A DNA stretch of 64,000 bases from Candidatus Bathyarchaeota archaeon. Its GTDB lineage: Archaea; Thermoproteota; Bathyarchaeia; TCS64. Both the position numbers and the translations under genes were made by a program. The DNA lies in NCBI GenBank assembly GCA_963769425.1, contig CAVYLP010000001.1, forward strand, positions 224,001 to 288,000, read 5' to 3'. Position 1 is the first letter of the stretch. Each line of letters starts with the position of its first letter. This document shows, piece after piece, positions 28,969 through 39,568 of this stretch. Under the pieces are notes generated by a model. That model was not told the DNA's origin, made no database searches, and saw only the letters and a program-made list of their open reading frames with translations.

Positions 28969-29646
28969 TTAGATCAGCGGCGCCGTTACTGCGATGACCC
29001 TGGCCTCATCACAGCTATCCTCGCAACGATCCGTGATGTTCTCGAGAGACTCAAAGAAATCGGAGAGGAGAATTGCCTGCCCGATCTCAACGGTTTCGGT
29101 GGTGAGCCCCGAGATGGACCTACGCCCCCTTTGGTAGAGGCCGTCCATCTGCTCCTCGAGTCTCTCCACCTCGTCCGCTGCCTTTAAAGCGTCCTGGAAC
29201 TCCCGGGCTGTCAGCTTCTCGATGCAGTCGTCCAGCTTTATCACGCAACTCTTGATCACGTGCGCCATCTCGCCGGTGGTCGCCTTTACGTCGTTTGGCA
29301 TGTCCTTGAGGTTGAACTCGACGAGTATGCGCCCCGTCTCGTTTATCCAGTCGATCACATCGTCGATCTGCCTCGCGAGGCGCATCAAGTCCTCCCTCTC
29401 CGAAACGGGGAGGTCACCTTTAGCGAGCTCCCCGATGATCTTCCGTTTGAGCAAATCTGCCTCCTTCTCCTTGAGTTGGAGGACCTCGAAGCTCCGGACC
29501 AAGTCCTCCCTCTTACCTTGGAGGGAGAAGTTAATGCAGCGGTCTAGCAGCTCAGCGGCCATAACGGTCGCTTTCGAGTGTTCAAGGACCATGCTGATGG
29601 CCTGGACCTTCCTCCGTGTCTTCAGCCAACTATCGAGGGGTTTCAC
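28969..29646 (-). CDS. DUF47 / PhoU-like phosphate transport regulator
   Basis: EKEAD..KR, REDLMRLA..IDDVID, VERLEEQMD, LENITDRCED. Confidence 0.88.
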   Translation of the reverse strand: MKPLDSWLKTRRKVQAISMVLEHSKATVMAAELLDRCINFSLQGKREDLVRSFEVLQLKEKEADLLKRKIIGELAKGDLPVSEREDLMRLARQIDDVIDWINETGRILVEFNLKDMPNDVKATTGEMAHVIKSCVIKLDDCIEKLTAREFQDALKAADEVERLEEQMDGLYQRGRRSISGLTTETVEIGQAILLSDFFESLENITDRCEDSCDEARVIAVTAPLI

Positions 29647-29660
29647 AGTTACATTACCGC

Positions 29661-30770
29661 CTATTCAAGTGATAGAGCTTTCTCCAGCCCCTCCTCGGGG
29701 GCCCTGAAAACAAGTAGATTCTCGACGGGTAGGCTCAGGTAGGCCTCGTCCCCGATTTCTAGGCTCGGCTCCAAGCCGGTGATCGGCATTTTCACGAGTA
29801 GGGTTATCCCGTTCTCTGTCTTAACCGTGTATCTCATCGAGTCCCCGACGAAGCTCGCCACGGCTACCTCGCATCTTATCGAGTTTTCTTCTTGGGGCCT
29901 TCTGGTTATGCCGATGAACTCGGGGCGTATGGCGAGCACGCAGGCTTCGTTGGCACCAAGTGAAGGTACGAGTTCGCATCTCGCCCGAATCTCCGAATTG
30001 TTCACAGTTATAGCGAGATCGGATCCATCCGCCTTCGTCACCTCACCGCCGATGAAGTTGGCCTCACCGAGGAACTTCGCCGTGAAGAGCTCCCTCGGCT
30101 TCATGTAGAGCTGCTCGGGGGTACCGACCTCGATTATCCGCCCTGCTTTCATCACGACAATCCGGTCCGAGATGGAGAGCGCCTCCTCCTGATCGTGGGT
30201 CACGTGGATCGCAGTCAGGCCGAGGTCCTTCACGAGTCGCCTGAGCTCGTATCTGAGCACTGTTCTCACCTTGAGGTCGAGTGCCCCCAGTGGCTCGTCG
30301 AGGAGCAGGAGGGTTGAACCCGAGGTGAGCGCCCTAGATATCGCCGTCTTCTGCTTCGCCCCGCCGCTCAGCTCCTTTGGGTAGAGGGCCACGTAGTCGT
30401 CGAGGTTCATCATGTGGAGCATCTCCTCGACTGGGCCTTTGCGCTCCGGTGGTGAGCTGCCCCTGATCATGAGACCGTAGGAGACGTTGTCGTAGACGTT
30501 CATGTGTGGGAAGAGGGCGATCTCCTGGAAGACGTAGCCTATCCCCCTGTCCTCGATGGGTAGGAGGGTCACGTTCTTCTCGTCGATGAATACGTCCCCC
30601 GCGTCCGGATGAACAACGCCGGCGATGGACTTGATTAGACTTGTCTTCCCGCAGCCGCTCGGGCCAACTATTGACAGGTACTCGCCATCGTGGATGGTGA
30701 GGTCGACGTCGTTTAGCGCCACGACGTCACCGTACTGCTTTCTGAGACCCGAAGCCCTTATCTCCGGCAT
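29661..30770 (-). CDS. ABC transporter ATP-binding subunit (PotA/FbpC-like with TOBE domain)
   Basis: GPSGCGKT, LSGG, LLLDEP, HVTHDQEEA. Confidence 0.93.
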   Translation of the reverse strand: MPEIRASGLRKQYGDVVALNDVDLTIHDGEYLSIVGPSGCGKTSLIKSIAGVVHPDAGDVFIDEKNVTLLPIEDRGIGYVFQEIALFPHMNVYDNVSYGLMIRGSSPPERKGPVEEMLHMMNLDDYVALYPKELSGGAKQKTAISRALTSGSTLLLLDEPLGALDLKVRTVLRYELRRLVKDLGLTAIHVTHDQEEALSISDRIVVMKAGRIIEVGTPEQLYMKPRELFTAKFLGEANFIGGEVTKADGSDLAITVNNSEIRARCELVPSLGANEACVLAIRPEFIGITRRPQEENSIRCEVAVASFVGDSMRYTVKTENGITLLVKMPITGLEPSLEIGDEAYLSLPVENLLVFRAPEEGLEKALSLE

Positions 30771-31880
30771 TTAGCTCGCCTCCAGTTCGCCCTGCAGCCC
30801 AAGCATCGGGTACTCGTAGACGTGGGAATTGACCGGGTCGAAGCTGACGCTAACCCAGTCGCCATGCTTGAGCTCCGTCCTCGCTTCCTTGAGGGGGACA
30901 CGCGCGGCAATCTCGTCACCGTTGGAAAGCTTGATGACATACCGTATGTGGCTGCCGAGGAAGTGGACCTCGACCACCTCCCCTGACAACCTGTTTGGCT
31001 CCTCACCCGTTGGCTCGGGCGTGACCGAGGTCTTCTCCTCCCTGATGGCGACGATGACGGCTTCCTCTGGCTCGAAGCTTGAGTCGAGGACCCGTATCTT
31101 CAGGCCCTCCCTGAGGGTGAGGGTGCTTCCCTCCCTCGTTCTTGTATCGACTATCGCCTCGAGGAAGTTCGTGTTCCCGACGAAGTTGGCGACGAATATC
31201 TTCTCAGGGCGGTTGTAGACGTGGTAGGGGGTCCCGTACTGCTGGAGGCGCCCCCGTCGAAGGATGAGGATACGGTCGCCGATGGTCATAGCCTCCTCCT
31301 GGTCGTGGGTCACGTGGATGACGGTTAACCCCGACTCCTTAGCGAGCCTCCTGAGTTCTGTCCTGAGCTCGAGGCGTAGCCTCACATCGAGTGCGCCGAG
31401 GGGCTCATCGAGTAGTAGGAGTCGTGCCCCGGACGCGAGGCCCCTCGCTAAGGCTACACGTTGCTGCATGCCCCCGCTGAGCTCGTTCGGGTATGCGTCT
31501 GCGCGCTTATCCAGCCGGACGAGTCTGAGCACGTTCATGGCGGTCTCCTCGGCGGCTGCCTTGCTCGTGTCCTTTGCCATTGGGCCGAAGGCGACGTTGT
31601 CAAGGACGGTCATATGGGGGAATAGGGCGTACGTCTGTGGGACGTAGACGGCGTTCCTGTCCTCGGCGGCGACTCCTCCGGCGTTCACCGAGTCTATGAA
31701 AACCTCGCCCTCATCCGGCTTGATGATTCCCGCTATCGTGCGGAGAAGCGTCGTCTTCCCGCTTCCAGTAGACCCTAGGATGCAGACGTACTCCCGATCC
31801 TTAACATCGAAGGTCACATCGTCGAGAGCCTTCACGTCGCCGAAGCGCTTCGTCACGTTCAGCAGCCGGAGTGAGGGCAC
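30771..31880 (-). CDS. ABC transporter ATP-binding subunit (second paralog)
   Basis: GSTGSGKT, LSGGMQQR, LLLDEP, HVTHDQEEA. Confidence 0.93.
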   Translation of the reverse strand: MPSLRLLNVTKRFGDVKALDDVTFDVKDREYVCILGSTGSGKTTLLRTIAGIIKPDEGEVFIDSVNAGGVAAEDRNAVYVPQTYALFPHMTVLDNVAFGPMAKDTSKAAAEETAMNVLRLVRLDKRADAYPNELSGGMQQRVALARGLASGARLLLLDEPLGALDVRLRLELRTELRRLAKESGLTVIHVTHDQEEAMTIGDRILILRRGRLQQYGTPYHVYNRPEKIFVANFVGNTNFLEAIVDTRTREGSTLTLREGLKIRVLDSSFEPEEAVIVAIREEKTSVTPEPTGEEPNRLSGEVVEVHFLGSHIRYVIKLSNGDEIAARVPLKEARTELKHGDWVSVSFDPVNSHVYEYPMLGLQGELEAS

Positions 31881-31881
31881 G

Positions 31882-33522
31882 TCACTTCTTCCTCCTGTAA
31901 ACTATGAGCCTTAGAACTAGTAAGGAAGCGAAGGAGGTTAAGACGAGGAATAGGATTCCAAGCGCAATATCTGACTGGGTCGCGGGCACCTGCCCCTTGA
32001 CCCATGAAACTAGTAGCACCGGGGCCGTCTTCAGCGTCTGTGAGACGGCAGTCGCGGCCCCGGTCTCGTCGACGCTCCTCGTGAAGACGAGGATAGCCCC
32101 CGAGAGGAAACTGTACTTCGTGAGGGGGACGATGATCTTCCTGAAGACATGAAGGGGCTTGCTCCCTAGGGTCCTCGCTGTCTCCTCCATCTCCTCAGGT
32201 ATCCCCTCTATTGCGGCTGCCATGGCCTGTACGAAGTAGGTGTAGGTGATAGTCATGTGTGCGAAGACTAGTATCCAGAACTCGGGTAGGAAGCCGAATG
32301 AGCGCCAGAATATTCCCAGAGATACACCAAGGGCGACACTTGGCACGACGATGGGGACGTTCACGACGGCGTCGAGGAGCGTCGTCCAGAGCCTTCCCAG
32401 CCTCTTCCTCGCGATGAGGATGGCGATGGGCAGTCCCAGACCGATATTTATGAACGTCACGAGGATGGCTATAGTATAGGAGAGGGACATCGCCTGCCAG
32501 AAGCTGCCCCAGACTCCAACCCCTGAGATGGCTTTCTGTAGCGTTCCGTCTGTCAACGCGGTCGCTGCGGGGAACGTGATGTAGATTGCAGGAATCAGGA
32601 CGAAGAAGCCAAATATCAGCAACATGAGGGTGTTACGCGTGTTCACGCTCCAATCCGAGCTCAGCCTCGCCTCCGGATCTGGGTAGACCCTGTTTATTGG
32701 TATCTTCAACCTATTGCCGAGAAGGCGGATGATAGCGAATACTGTCACCGAGGATATTATGAGTGTGAAGCTAACGAGGACCATGGGACCCTGGAGGCCT
32801 GCATCCTGAGCGTTCTTGATGAAAACTGGGCCGTTCTCGAAGCCCCCGGCTACGATAACAGTTGCGCCTGTTTCCGACAGTGATCTAGCGAAGGCGAGCA
32901 GAAATGCGGCTATCAACCCTGGTCTGAGGAGTGGAAGCGTCACTGTTCTCGCGATAGTGAAGGCCCGTGCCCCGAGGGTCTTAGCTGCTGTCTCATAGAT
33001 CGTGTTATACGCGAGTAGCTCGCCGACCATGACCCTGACGACGACTGGGAAGGAGAACGTGAAGTGGAGGAGAAGGACGAGGATGAGTCCCGGGGCAATC
33101 GAGACCCCGAGGATGCTAATGGGACCCGTGTTACCCCAGAAGAGGAGCGTTGAAAAGCCCAGGGCCACTGTCGGGATGACGAACGGGATGTCGGCGAGGG
33201 CGTCCAACACGCTGATCCATCTCGACTTCCCCCTCGCGATGTACCAAGCGAACGGAAGACCCGCCAGAAGGTCAAGTGTCGCCACGGAGAGCGCGATCGC
33301 GAACGACCAGAAGATCGAGGCCTCCGCGCGCCCGAGAAGGGCGCTGTTCGAGAGGACCTCCCCCGCTAGGTTTAGTTTAAAGGTTATCCCGAGGATCGGG
33401 GGGAGGAGGATGAAGGAGACGAGGAAGACGATGGCGAGGACGTAAACTGCCCGCTTCGACCCGCGGTGAGACGACAACCTGTCAAGCCTCACCATGATCG
33501 AGCCGAGTATACGATTCGCCAT
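31882..33522 (-). CDS. Fused double-domain ABC permease (FbpB/ThiP-like)
   Basis: Two EAA motifs (ETAAKTLGA, EETARTLGS), FARSLSETGAT / FTRSVDETGAA. Confidence 0.9.
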   Translation of the reverse strand: MANRILGSIMVRLDRLSSHRGSKRAVYVLAIVFLVSFILLPPILGITFKLNLAGEVLSNSALLGRAEASIFWSFAIALSVATLDLLAGLPFAWYIARGKSRWISVLDALADIPFVIPTVALGFSTLLFWGNTGPISILGVSIAPGLILVLLLHFTFSFPVVVRVMVGELLAYNTIYETAAKTLGARAFTIARTVTLPLLRPGLIAAFLLAFARSLSETGATVIVAGGFENGPVFIKNAQDAGLQGPMVLVSFTLIISSVTVFAIIRLLGNRLKIPINRVYPDPEARLSSDWSVNTRNTLMLLIFGFFVLIPAIYITFPAATALTDGTLQKAISGVGVWGSFWQAMSLSYTIAILVTFINIGLGLPIAILIARKRLGRLWTTLLDAVVNVPIVVPSVALGVSLGIFWRSFGFLPEFWILVFAHMTITYTYFVQAMAAAIEGIPEEMEETARTLGSKPLHVFRKIIVPLTKYSFLSGAILVFTRSVDETGAATAVSQTLKTAPVLLVSWVKGQVPATQSDIALGILFLVLTSFASLLVLRLIVYRRKK

Positions 33523-33616
33523 CTTCCCTACTCCGGTATATAGTTACGAACGCTGTTTCATGAATCGAAGCAGTCTATCAGCTTTATAATTTCCTTTCAT
33601 AGAAAATATATTTCAC

Positions 33617-33643
33617 TATAATCTATATAATCTATATAAATCT
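33617..33643. promoter_or_regulatory. 9-bp direct repeats in divergent promoter region
   Basis: TATAATCTA TATAATCTA TATAAATCT between the permease and RimK genes. Confidence 0.45.
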
Positions 33644-33731
33644 CGCTCGGGGACCAACTCCGGAGTATTTTGCCCGGACCTCCTGAAAAGGGATTTAAGC
33701 GAAGCACCTCAACCCTATTCGGGCTGCCAGC

Positions 33732-34601
33732 TTGAGCGTGCTCATATTCACGGACAATCCAGGGGTTCAGGAGGTAAAGCTCGTCGCCGAGGAGCTCAGA
33801 GGGAGGGGCATCAAGGTGCGAGCTATGGCACCTTGGGACTTCAGCCTGCCGAATATGCCAAACCTCGACGCGAGTGTGGTATACGCTCCGAGCAACATGC
33901 TTCACCGTGGCAGCACATACGAGCTCACGCACAGGCTTCTGATCCTCCGAGAGCTGGAGAAAGGAGCAACTGTCGTCAACCCCGTCGAGTCGATGCTTGA
34001 GTACTCGAAGGAGCAGCTGAGCATGAGGCTTGCGAAGCTTGGTCTGCCTCACCCCAGCACGATTGCGACGGAGAACGTTGAGGAGGCGTATGCCTTCGCC
34101 TATAACCTCCTCGAGAAGGGGAAGGAGGTCGTCCTCAAGCCCACCTGCGGGGCGAGGGGTGTGGGAGTCACGAAGCTCAGCGGCATAAGGAGACGCGACG
34201 ACCTTCTGCAGTTCCTCGTCTGGTACACCCGTGAGCACGCGGAGGGTGTCTACTACCTCCAGGAGTACATACCGAACCTCGGCTATGACGTCCGTTGCCT
34301 CGTCATAGACGGCAATGTGGTCGGGAGAGAGAGGAGGTTCAACCAGCAGGACTTCCGATACAACGTCGCAGTGGGAGGCTCGGCAGAGGCCTACACCGAC
34401 CCCATCTATGATGATCTATCTGTCGCCGTAGCAGACGCCACTGGACTCAAAATATGCGGAGCGGACATCCTTCCCGGTGAGGACGGAAAACCATACGTCC
34501 TAGAAGCAAACTGTTATCCCGGCTACAAGGCCCTCATGGAGGCCACGGGCATATGCGTGCATGAGAGGATAGCAGACTACCTGCAGAGTCTGCTACGCTA
34601 G
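33732..34601 (+). CDS. RimK/LysX family ATP-grasp ligase
   Basis: VVNP, VLKPTCGARGVGV, YLQEYIP, DVRCLVI, RYNVAVGG, GADIL, LEAN. Confidence 0.9.
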   Translation: MSVLIFTDNPGVQEVKLVAEELRGRGIKVRAMAPWDFSLPNMPNLDASVVYAPSNMLHRGSTYELTHRLLILRELEKGATVVNPVESMLEYSKEQLSMRLAKLGLPHPSTIATENVEEAYAFAYNLLEKGKEVVLKPTCGARGVGVTKLSGIRRRDDLLQFLVWYTREHAEGVYYLQEYIPNLGYDVRCLVIDGNVVGRERRFNQQDFRYNVAVGGSAEAYTDPIYDDLSVAVADATGLKICGADILPGEDGKPYVLEANCYPGYKALMEATGICVHERIADYLQSLLR

Positions 34602-34854
34602 CTCCTCTTCCTGAATCGGGTTCCTCACTTTGTTCCCCCCGTATTTACGGGAGTTAATGTCCTCGCGTTTGACGTAGAGGTTACTGAATTCTATTACCTT
34701 CCCGAGCTTCTCTAGCCGCTGGATTGAGGTGGAAAAATCACCGAGCCCGGTTGGGGTTTTGCCTCGAGGCCGGGGTAGGTTTCGAGGATTATTGGCTTCA
34801 AAGGGACGCCACGATTTAGAGTCGTCCGAGGGTTGTTTAAGATTAACCGCTCGC

Positions 34855-35202
34855 TCAGAGTTCCCTAGCTTCGGCTAGTCGTACCAACTCCGAGTCGATC
34901 TCCGATCTTGGTAGCTCTATCTCACACGAGATGCTCCCGTCGTCCTCGCAAATGAGGGTGTAGCCTCGTTTCTCAAGAGCTTTGAGGAGGGTGGTCTTCT
35001 TCTCTAGCTTTGGGATGTTAACTTTCTCGCCACGACAGAGGGGAATCACAACCTCGACGAAGTATTGTACCTCCTCTTGCTTTATCCGTGCCCCGACCCC
35101 GACGCGTTTGTCCTCGCAGGATTCTAGGTGGGTATAGGATTCACCCCGGGGGGAGGACCGCGCCTCCCTCTTCAGGGCCTCAAGATCGATAGGTCGCATC
35201 AC
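34855..35202 (-). CDS. Hypothetical protein
   Basis: 115-aa ORF following the ABC-2 permease in the same orientation. Confidence 0.65.
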   Translation of the reverse strand: MMRPIDLEALKREARSSPRGESYTHLESCEDKRVGVGARIKQEEVQYFVEVVIPLCRGEKVNIPKLEKKTTLLKALEKRGYTLICEDDGSISCEIELPRSEIDSELVRLAEAREL

Positions 35203-35209
35203 CTTTTCC

Positions 35210-36340
35210 TCAGTTCTTCCCGAAGCGGCGGAAGGCGAGTATCCCGACCACGATGATGGTCAGGCTTGCCCCGGTCACGGTCAGCAGATCGTTGATGATG
35301 GCCGGGCTCGTCACAGGCGCACCCCTGAGGAAGATGCTCGTCAGCGCGTCGGTAACGTACCATGTCGGCACAAGACGTGAGATGTACTCGGGGGCCGGGA
35401 CGAAGGTGCCGAGGAACATGAGGGGGAGTATGAAGACGAAGCTGATGCCTGTCGCTGCGCCGCTGTTCCTAGCGAACGCGGCGGTGATGAGGCCAAGGCC
35501 GACGCTGGTCACGGTTAACGCGAGCACGGCGGCGAAGGCGACAGCTACCCCCGCGACACCGCCGAGGGGCCTGAAGCCCATCATATAGGACGCGCCGAAG
35601 ACCATGGCGACCTGGACTGCGCCGAGGACGAGGTTCGCCCCTATGTGGCCCGCGAAAATGTCACCGACCGTCGTGGGCGTCACGCTTAATCTCCTAAGGA
35701 TGCCCTGCTCACGCTCCGTCGTAAGTGCCTGGGCGACGATCATTATGAGGAAGACCGCCGCGTATCCGAAGAGACCCGGCGCCATGTATGAGAACTGGCT
35801 GATCTTCTGTGCCTCGACGAGTGTTGGTGCTCCGATCGTGATGGGTGTGCGGACCCTGCTCGTCGTCTGCGTCATAGCGGATAGAGTCTGACCGATGATC
35901 GACGGGATAGCTGCGCTGGCGACCATCGAGCCCTGGTCGATCGATAGGCCAAGTGTTGTGTTGTGCCAGTTAGATGGTTGAGTGGGGCTCAGGTTGTAGG
36001 ACTGGATGCTCTCGGTGAAGTCCGAGGGGATCGTTATAACCGCCTTCAGGTTACCCTGTTTCAGGTTTGACTGGGCAGCCGCGGGGTCCGTGTAGTTCTG
36101 TATTGAGAGGACCTCGATGTGGCTGAGGGCCGAAGTGAATGCCACCCCCACCGGTCCTGCGTCCTGGTTGATTACAGCTACGCTATACCTGCTCTCGCCT
36201 CCGCCGATTGCGCCGAAGCTGGCGCCGAAGGCGATCGTGAGAATCAGCGGGAAGGCTATGACCATGAAGAGGTTGGCGGGTTCCCGAATAGTCTTCTTGA
36301 GTTCCTTGACGATTAGAGCTGATACGCTTCTCGGGTTCAT
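35210..36340 (-). CDS. ABC-2 type exporter permease
   Basis: KELKKTIRE..N-terminal TM, extracellular loop, EREQGILRRL..TP, several C-terminal TMs. Confidence 0.9.
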   Translation of the reverse strand: MNPRSVSALIVKELKKTIREPANLFMVIAFPLILTIAFGASFGAIGGGESRYSVAVINQDAGPVGVAFTSALSHIEVLSIQNYTDPAAAQSNLKQGNLKAVITIPSDFTESIQSYNLSPTQPSNWHNTTLGLSIDQGSMVASAAIPSIIGQTLSAMTQTTSRVRTPITIGAPTLVEAQKISQFSYMAPGLFGYAAVFLIMIVAQALTTEREQGILRRLSVTPTTVGDIFAGHIGANLVLGAVQVAMVFGASYMMGFRPLGGVAGVAVAFAAVLALTVTSVGLGLITAAFARNSGAATGISFVFILPLMFLGTFVPAPEYISRLVPTWYVTDALTSIFLRGAPVTSPAIINDLLTVTGASLTIIVVGILAFRRFGKN

Positions 36341-37090
36341 CTACGCTGCCTCCCTGATCTTGCGCCCCGTCATGGCGATGAACACGTCCTCGAGGCTGGC
36401 GGCGTCGTGCTTCTGTTTTAGCTCAGCCGGGGTCCCGAGAGCTATAAGCTTCCCGTTGTCTATGATGCCGACTCGGTCGGCGAGGGCCTCAACCTCCTCT
36501 ATGTAGTGGCTGGTGAGGACGACGGTCTTGCCGCGTTTCTTCAGGTCACGTATGATGTCCCAGGTGGCGTGGCGGCTCTGTGGGTCCATCGCGACGGTCG
36601 GCTCGTCTAGGAAGGCGACGGCTGGGTCGTTGATGAGGGCCATGGCGAGGCTGACCCTGCGGACCATACCCCCGCTGTATTTGCTCGCGCGTCTCCCCGC
36701 GTCCTCGCCGAGACCAACTGCCTCGATGAGCTGATTCGTTCTCTCCTTGAGCAGCTTCGGCTCTACGCCATGGAAGGTCCCGAATATCTCTATGTTCTCC
36801 CGGCCAGTCAGGTAGCTGTAGTATGCCGGCTCCTGTGGGCAGAAGCCGATTATCTTGTGAACCTTGTTAGCGTCCTTGGTGGCGTCGAAGCCGTTGACCC
36901 TCGCCGTGCCCGACGTTGGCTTCAGTATCCCACATAGGGTCTTTATCGTTACTGTCTTCCCCGCCCCGTTCGGGCCGAGGAGACCGAAGAGCTCACCAGC
37001 ATTGATAGTGAGGGTGAGGTCATCTACCGCCGTCTTGTCCTCGAACCGCTTCGTGAGGTTCTGGAGTTCTATCGAGTACATTTCTGTCAT
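36341..37090 (-). CDS. ABC-2 type exporter ATP-binding protein (DrrA-like)
   Basis: GLLGPNGAGKT, YSGGM, FLDEPT, TSHYIEE. Confidence 0.93.
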   Translation of the reverse strand: MTEMYSIELQNLTKRFEDKTAVDDLTLTINAGELFGLLGPNGAGKTVTIKTLCGILKPTSGTARVNGFDATKDANKVHKIIGFCPQEPAYYSYLTGRENIEIFGTFHGVEPKLLKERTNQLIEAVGLGEDAGRRASKYSGGMVRRVSLAMALINDPAVAFLDEPTVAMDPQSRHATWDIIRDLKKRGKTVVLTSHYIEEVEALADRVGIIDNGKLIALGTPAELKQKHDAASLEDVFIAMTGRKIREAA

Positions 37091-37269
37091 TCCTTGGAGG
37101 GTGGGCATCCGCTTATAGGGGTGTGTTAGCTGGTCGGGATCGTTTCGGGCACCCGCAGGTGGCTTTTAGGGGCGTTTCTTGAACCGGTTGGTTGAGGAAC
37201 TGGCACGGGGTGGAATCGGCTAGTGTTAAATACCCTTTTAGACGCCTTCTAGCTGAAAGGTGCCTGGTT

Positions 37270-38360
37270 ATGCCGAGCAAGCCTTATGTGAAGTTGAACG
37301 CCGGTGACCCCGACGTAGAGGCCCCGAAGTACGCCATCGAAGCGGTTCAGGACGCGATAAAGAAGGGTGGCGACTGGACCCACTACGGCGGGAACGAGAT
37401 TCCGAAGCAGTTCCGCGAGGCGGTCGTGGACTACTACAAGAAGTTTATCGGCCCCAGTACAAGGAATCGCAGGTTATCCCGGTGGCGGGCAGCAGCGCGG
37501 CTCTCTATATCGCTATGGCTTCCGTCCTCAAGGAGGGGGACGAGATCATCCTCTGGGAACCCAGCTACAGCAACCACTACGTCATGCTCAGGGACATGGG
37601 CATAAAGATGCAGATCCCTGAGCTGCCCCGGGAGAAGAAGTACCACATGGACCTCGACAAGCTGTCGAACTACGTGACGAAGAAGACGAAGGCGGTGCTG
37701 GTCTGCAACCCGAACAACCCGACGGGCTCCGTCTACACGAAGAAGGAGATTGAGGCAGTCGGCGACCTAGCGGAAGACCACGACCTCGCTATCTTCAGCG
37801 ACGAGATCTACCTCCATTACGTCTATGATAACAACAAGTTCGTCGCCCCGAGCACGATCAGGAACCTGAAGGAGAGGACGATCAACATCATGAGCTTCAG
37901 CAAGACGTTCAGCATGACGGGTTGGAGGCTAGGCTACGTTATCGTGCCCGACAAGTATCTGGCGAAGGCTCAGACGGTTGCGAAGGTGACCGCTCCTCGT
38001 CCCGCGACGTTCATATACCCCGCTGGCGTCGCGTGCCTGCGCGGCGACTTCAAGTACGTTGATGAGAGGCGGAAGGAGTACTCTGCCCGCCGCGACTACT
38101 TCACGAAGGCCATCGACGACATGGGTATGCCCTGCCACAAATTCGAGGGAGCCTTCTACGCTTGGTTCGACGCAAGGAAGTACGGTTTGAAGAGTGACGA
38201 CTTCATCGCAAAGCTTGAGAAGGCGGAGAACGTGGCGCTAAGCAGCGGTTCGGCATTCGGGACGAAGCAGGAGGGCTTCATCAGGGTGCCCATGACGGCT
38301 CCGATACCGGTCCTCAAGGACGTCGTCGAGCGCGTCAAGAGCTTCACAAGCAAACTGTAG
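37270..38360 (+). CDS. Class I/II PLP aminotransferase, frameshift at about 37456
   Basis: LNAGDPD, CNPNNPTG, SDEIY, SFSKTFSMTGWRLG. Confidence 0.9.
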
Positions 38361-38537
38361 ATCCCTTTCACGTCCATAAATACGCAAAAATGGAATGATC
38401 GGGACCCATCGGGTCATTTTTAAGGGTCCGGCATTTAGCAGTTTATATCCGGTTATCTTGATTCCCCCCCTCCCCCCTTTTAAAATCGCCCGTGTCTCCC
38501 CTCATGTTTTTTATTGGGTTGGTGTGGTGGTTAACCC

Positions 38538-39491
38538 ATGCTCGTTTTGAGCGATAGCGATGTTGCTGGCTTACTGACAATGGGGGAGGCGATCGAGGCG
38601 GTGGAGGGGGCCTTCGCCCAGCTCCGCCGCGGGAAGGTGGTGATGCCGACAAGGAGCACCATCATGCTACCCGAGTACAATGGGAGCATCAGCTTCATGC
38701 CCTCCTACTTGGAGGAGTCAAAGGCTCAGGCGATGAAGATAATCAGTATTTATCCCAACAACCCGAGGAAGGGGCTGCCGACGACGGCGGCCTGGATCGT
38801 CGTGAACGACCCTGAGACGGGGCAGATCAAGGCCTTCATGGACGGGACCTACCTGACAGGTGTAAGGACTGGCGCGGTCTCGGGCGTCGCGGCGAAATAC
38901 CTCGCGCCCAAGGATGCGAGGGTCGCCGCCGTCTTCGGGGCTGGAGCGCAGGCCCGCAACCAGGCGTGGGCGGCAGCCACCGTTCGGAAGCTCGACGAGA
39001 TAAGGGTCTACGACCCCATCAAGCTTGCCGTGGACAAGTTCGCAGAGGACATGGAGAAGAAGCTGGGGATACCCATCGTCAAGTCGGTTAGTGGGGAGGA
39101 GGCATGTAGAGGCGCTGATATTGTACTTACCGCTACCACATCCAAGACTCCCGTCGTTAAGCGGGCGTGGCTCGGCGATAGGGTTCACGTCTCCGCAATA
39201 GGCGCCTTCTACCCAGACTGGAGGGAGCTCGAGACGGGCATCATCAGAGATGCGAAGGTAGTCATCGACGAATGGTCTGCGATAAGACTTGAGTCGGGCG
39301 ACATACTCATCCCAATCAAGGAGGGTTCCATAAATGAGTCACATATATACGCCGAACTTGGCCAGTTGGTCACCGGCGAGAAACAGGGTAGAATCTCCTC
39401 AGACGGTCTCACGGTCTTCAAGAGCGTTGGCATCGCCATTCAGGACTCATCAGTCGCGAATCTCGTACTCAAGAAGATTAAGGAAAATTAA
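38538..39491 (+). CDS. Ornithine cyclodeaminase / archaeal alanine dehydrogenase family
   Basis: LTGVRTGA, FGAGAQA, HVSAIGA, TVFKSVGIAIQD. Confidence 0.92.
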   Translation: MLVLSDSDVAGLLTMGEAIEAVEGAFAQLRRGKVVMPTRSTIMLPEYNGSISFMPSYLEESKAQAMKIISIYPNNPRKGLPTTAAWIVVNDPETGQIKAFMDGTYLTGVRTGAVSGVAAKYLAPKDARVAAVFGAGAQARNQAWAAATVRKLDEIRVYDPIKLAVDKFAEDMEKKLGIPIVKSVSGEEACRGADIVLTATTSKTPVVKRAWLGDRVHVSAIGAFYPDWRELETGIIRDAKVVIDEWSAIRLESGDILIPIKEGSINESHIYAELGQLVTGEKQGRISSDGLTVFKSVGIAIQDSSVANLVLKKIKEN

Positions 39492-39568
39492 AACGACGAG
39501 CCTAGACGGTATTTTTTGCCCTAATTAAGTAAACACACTGGGGCTTTTATTCTCAGATCTAGTTCCTA

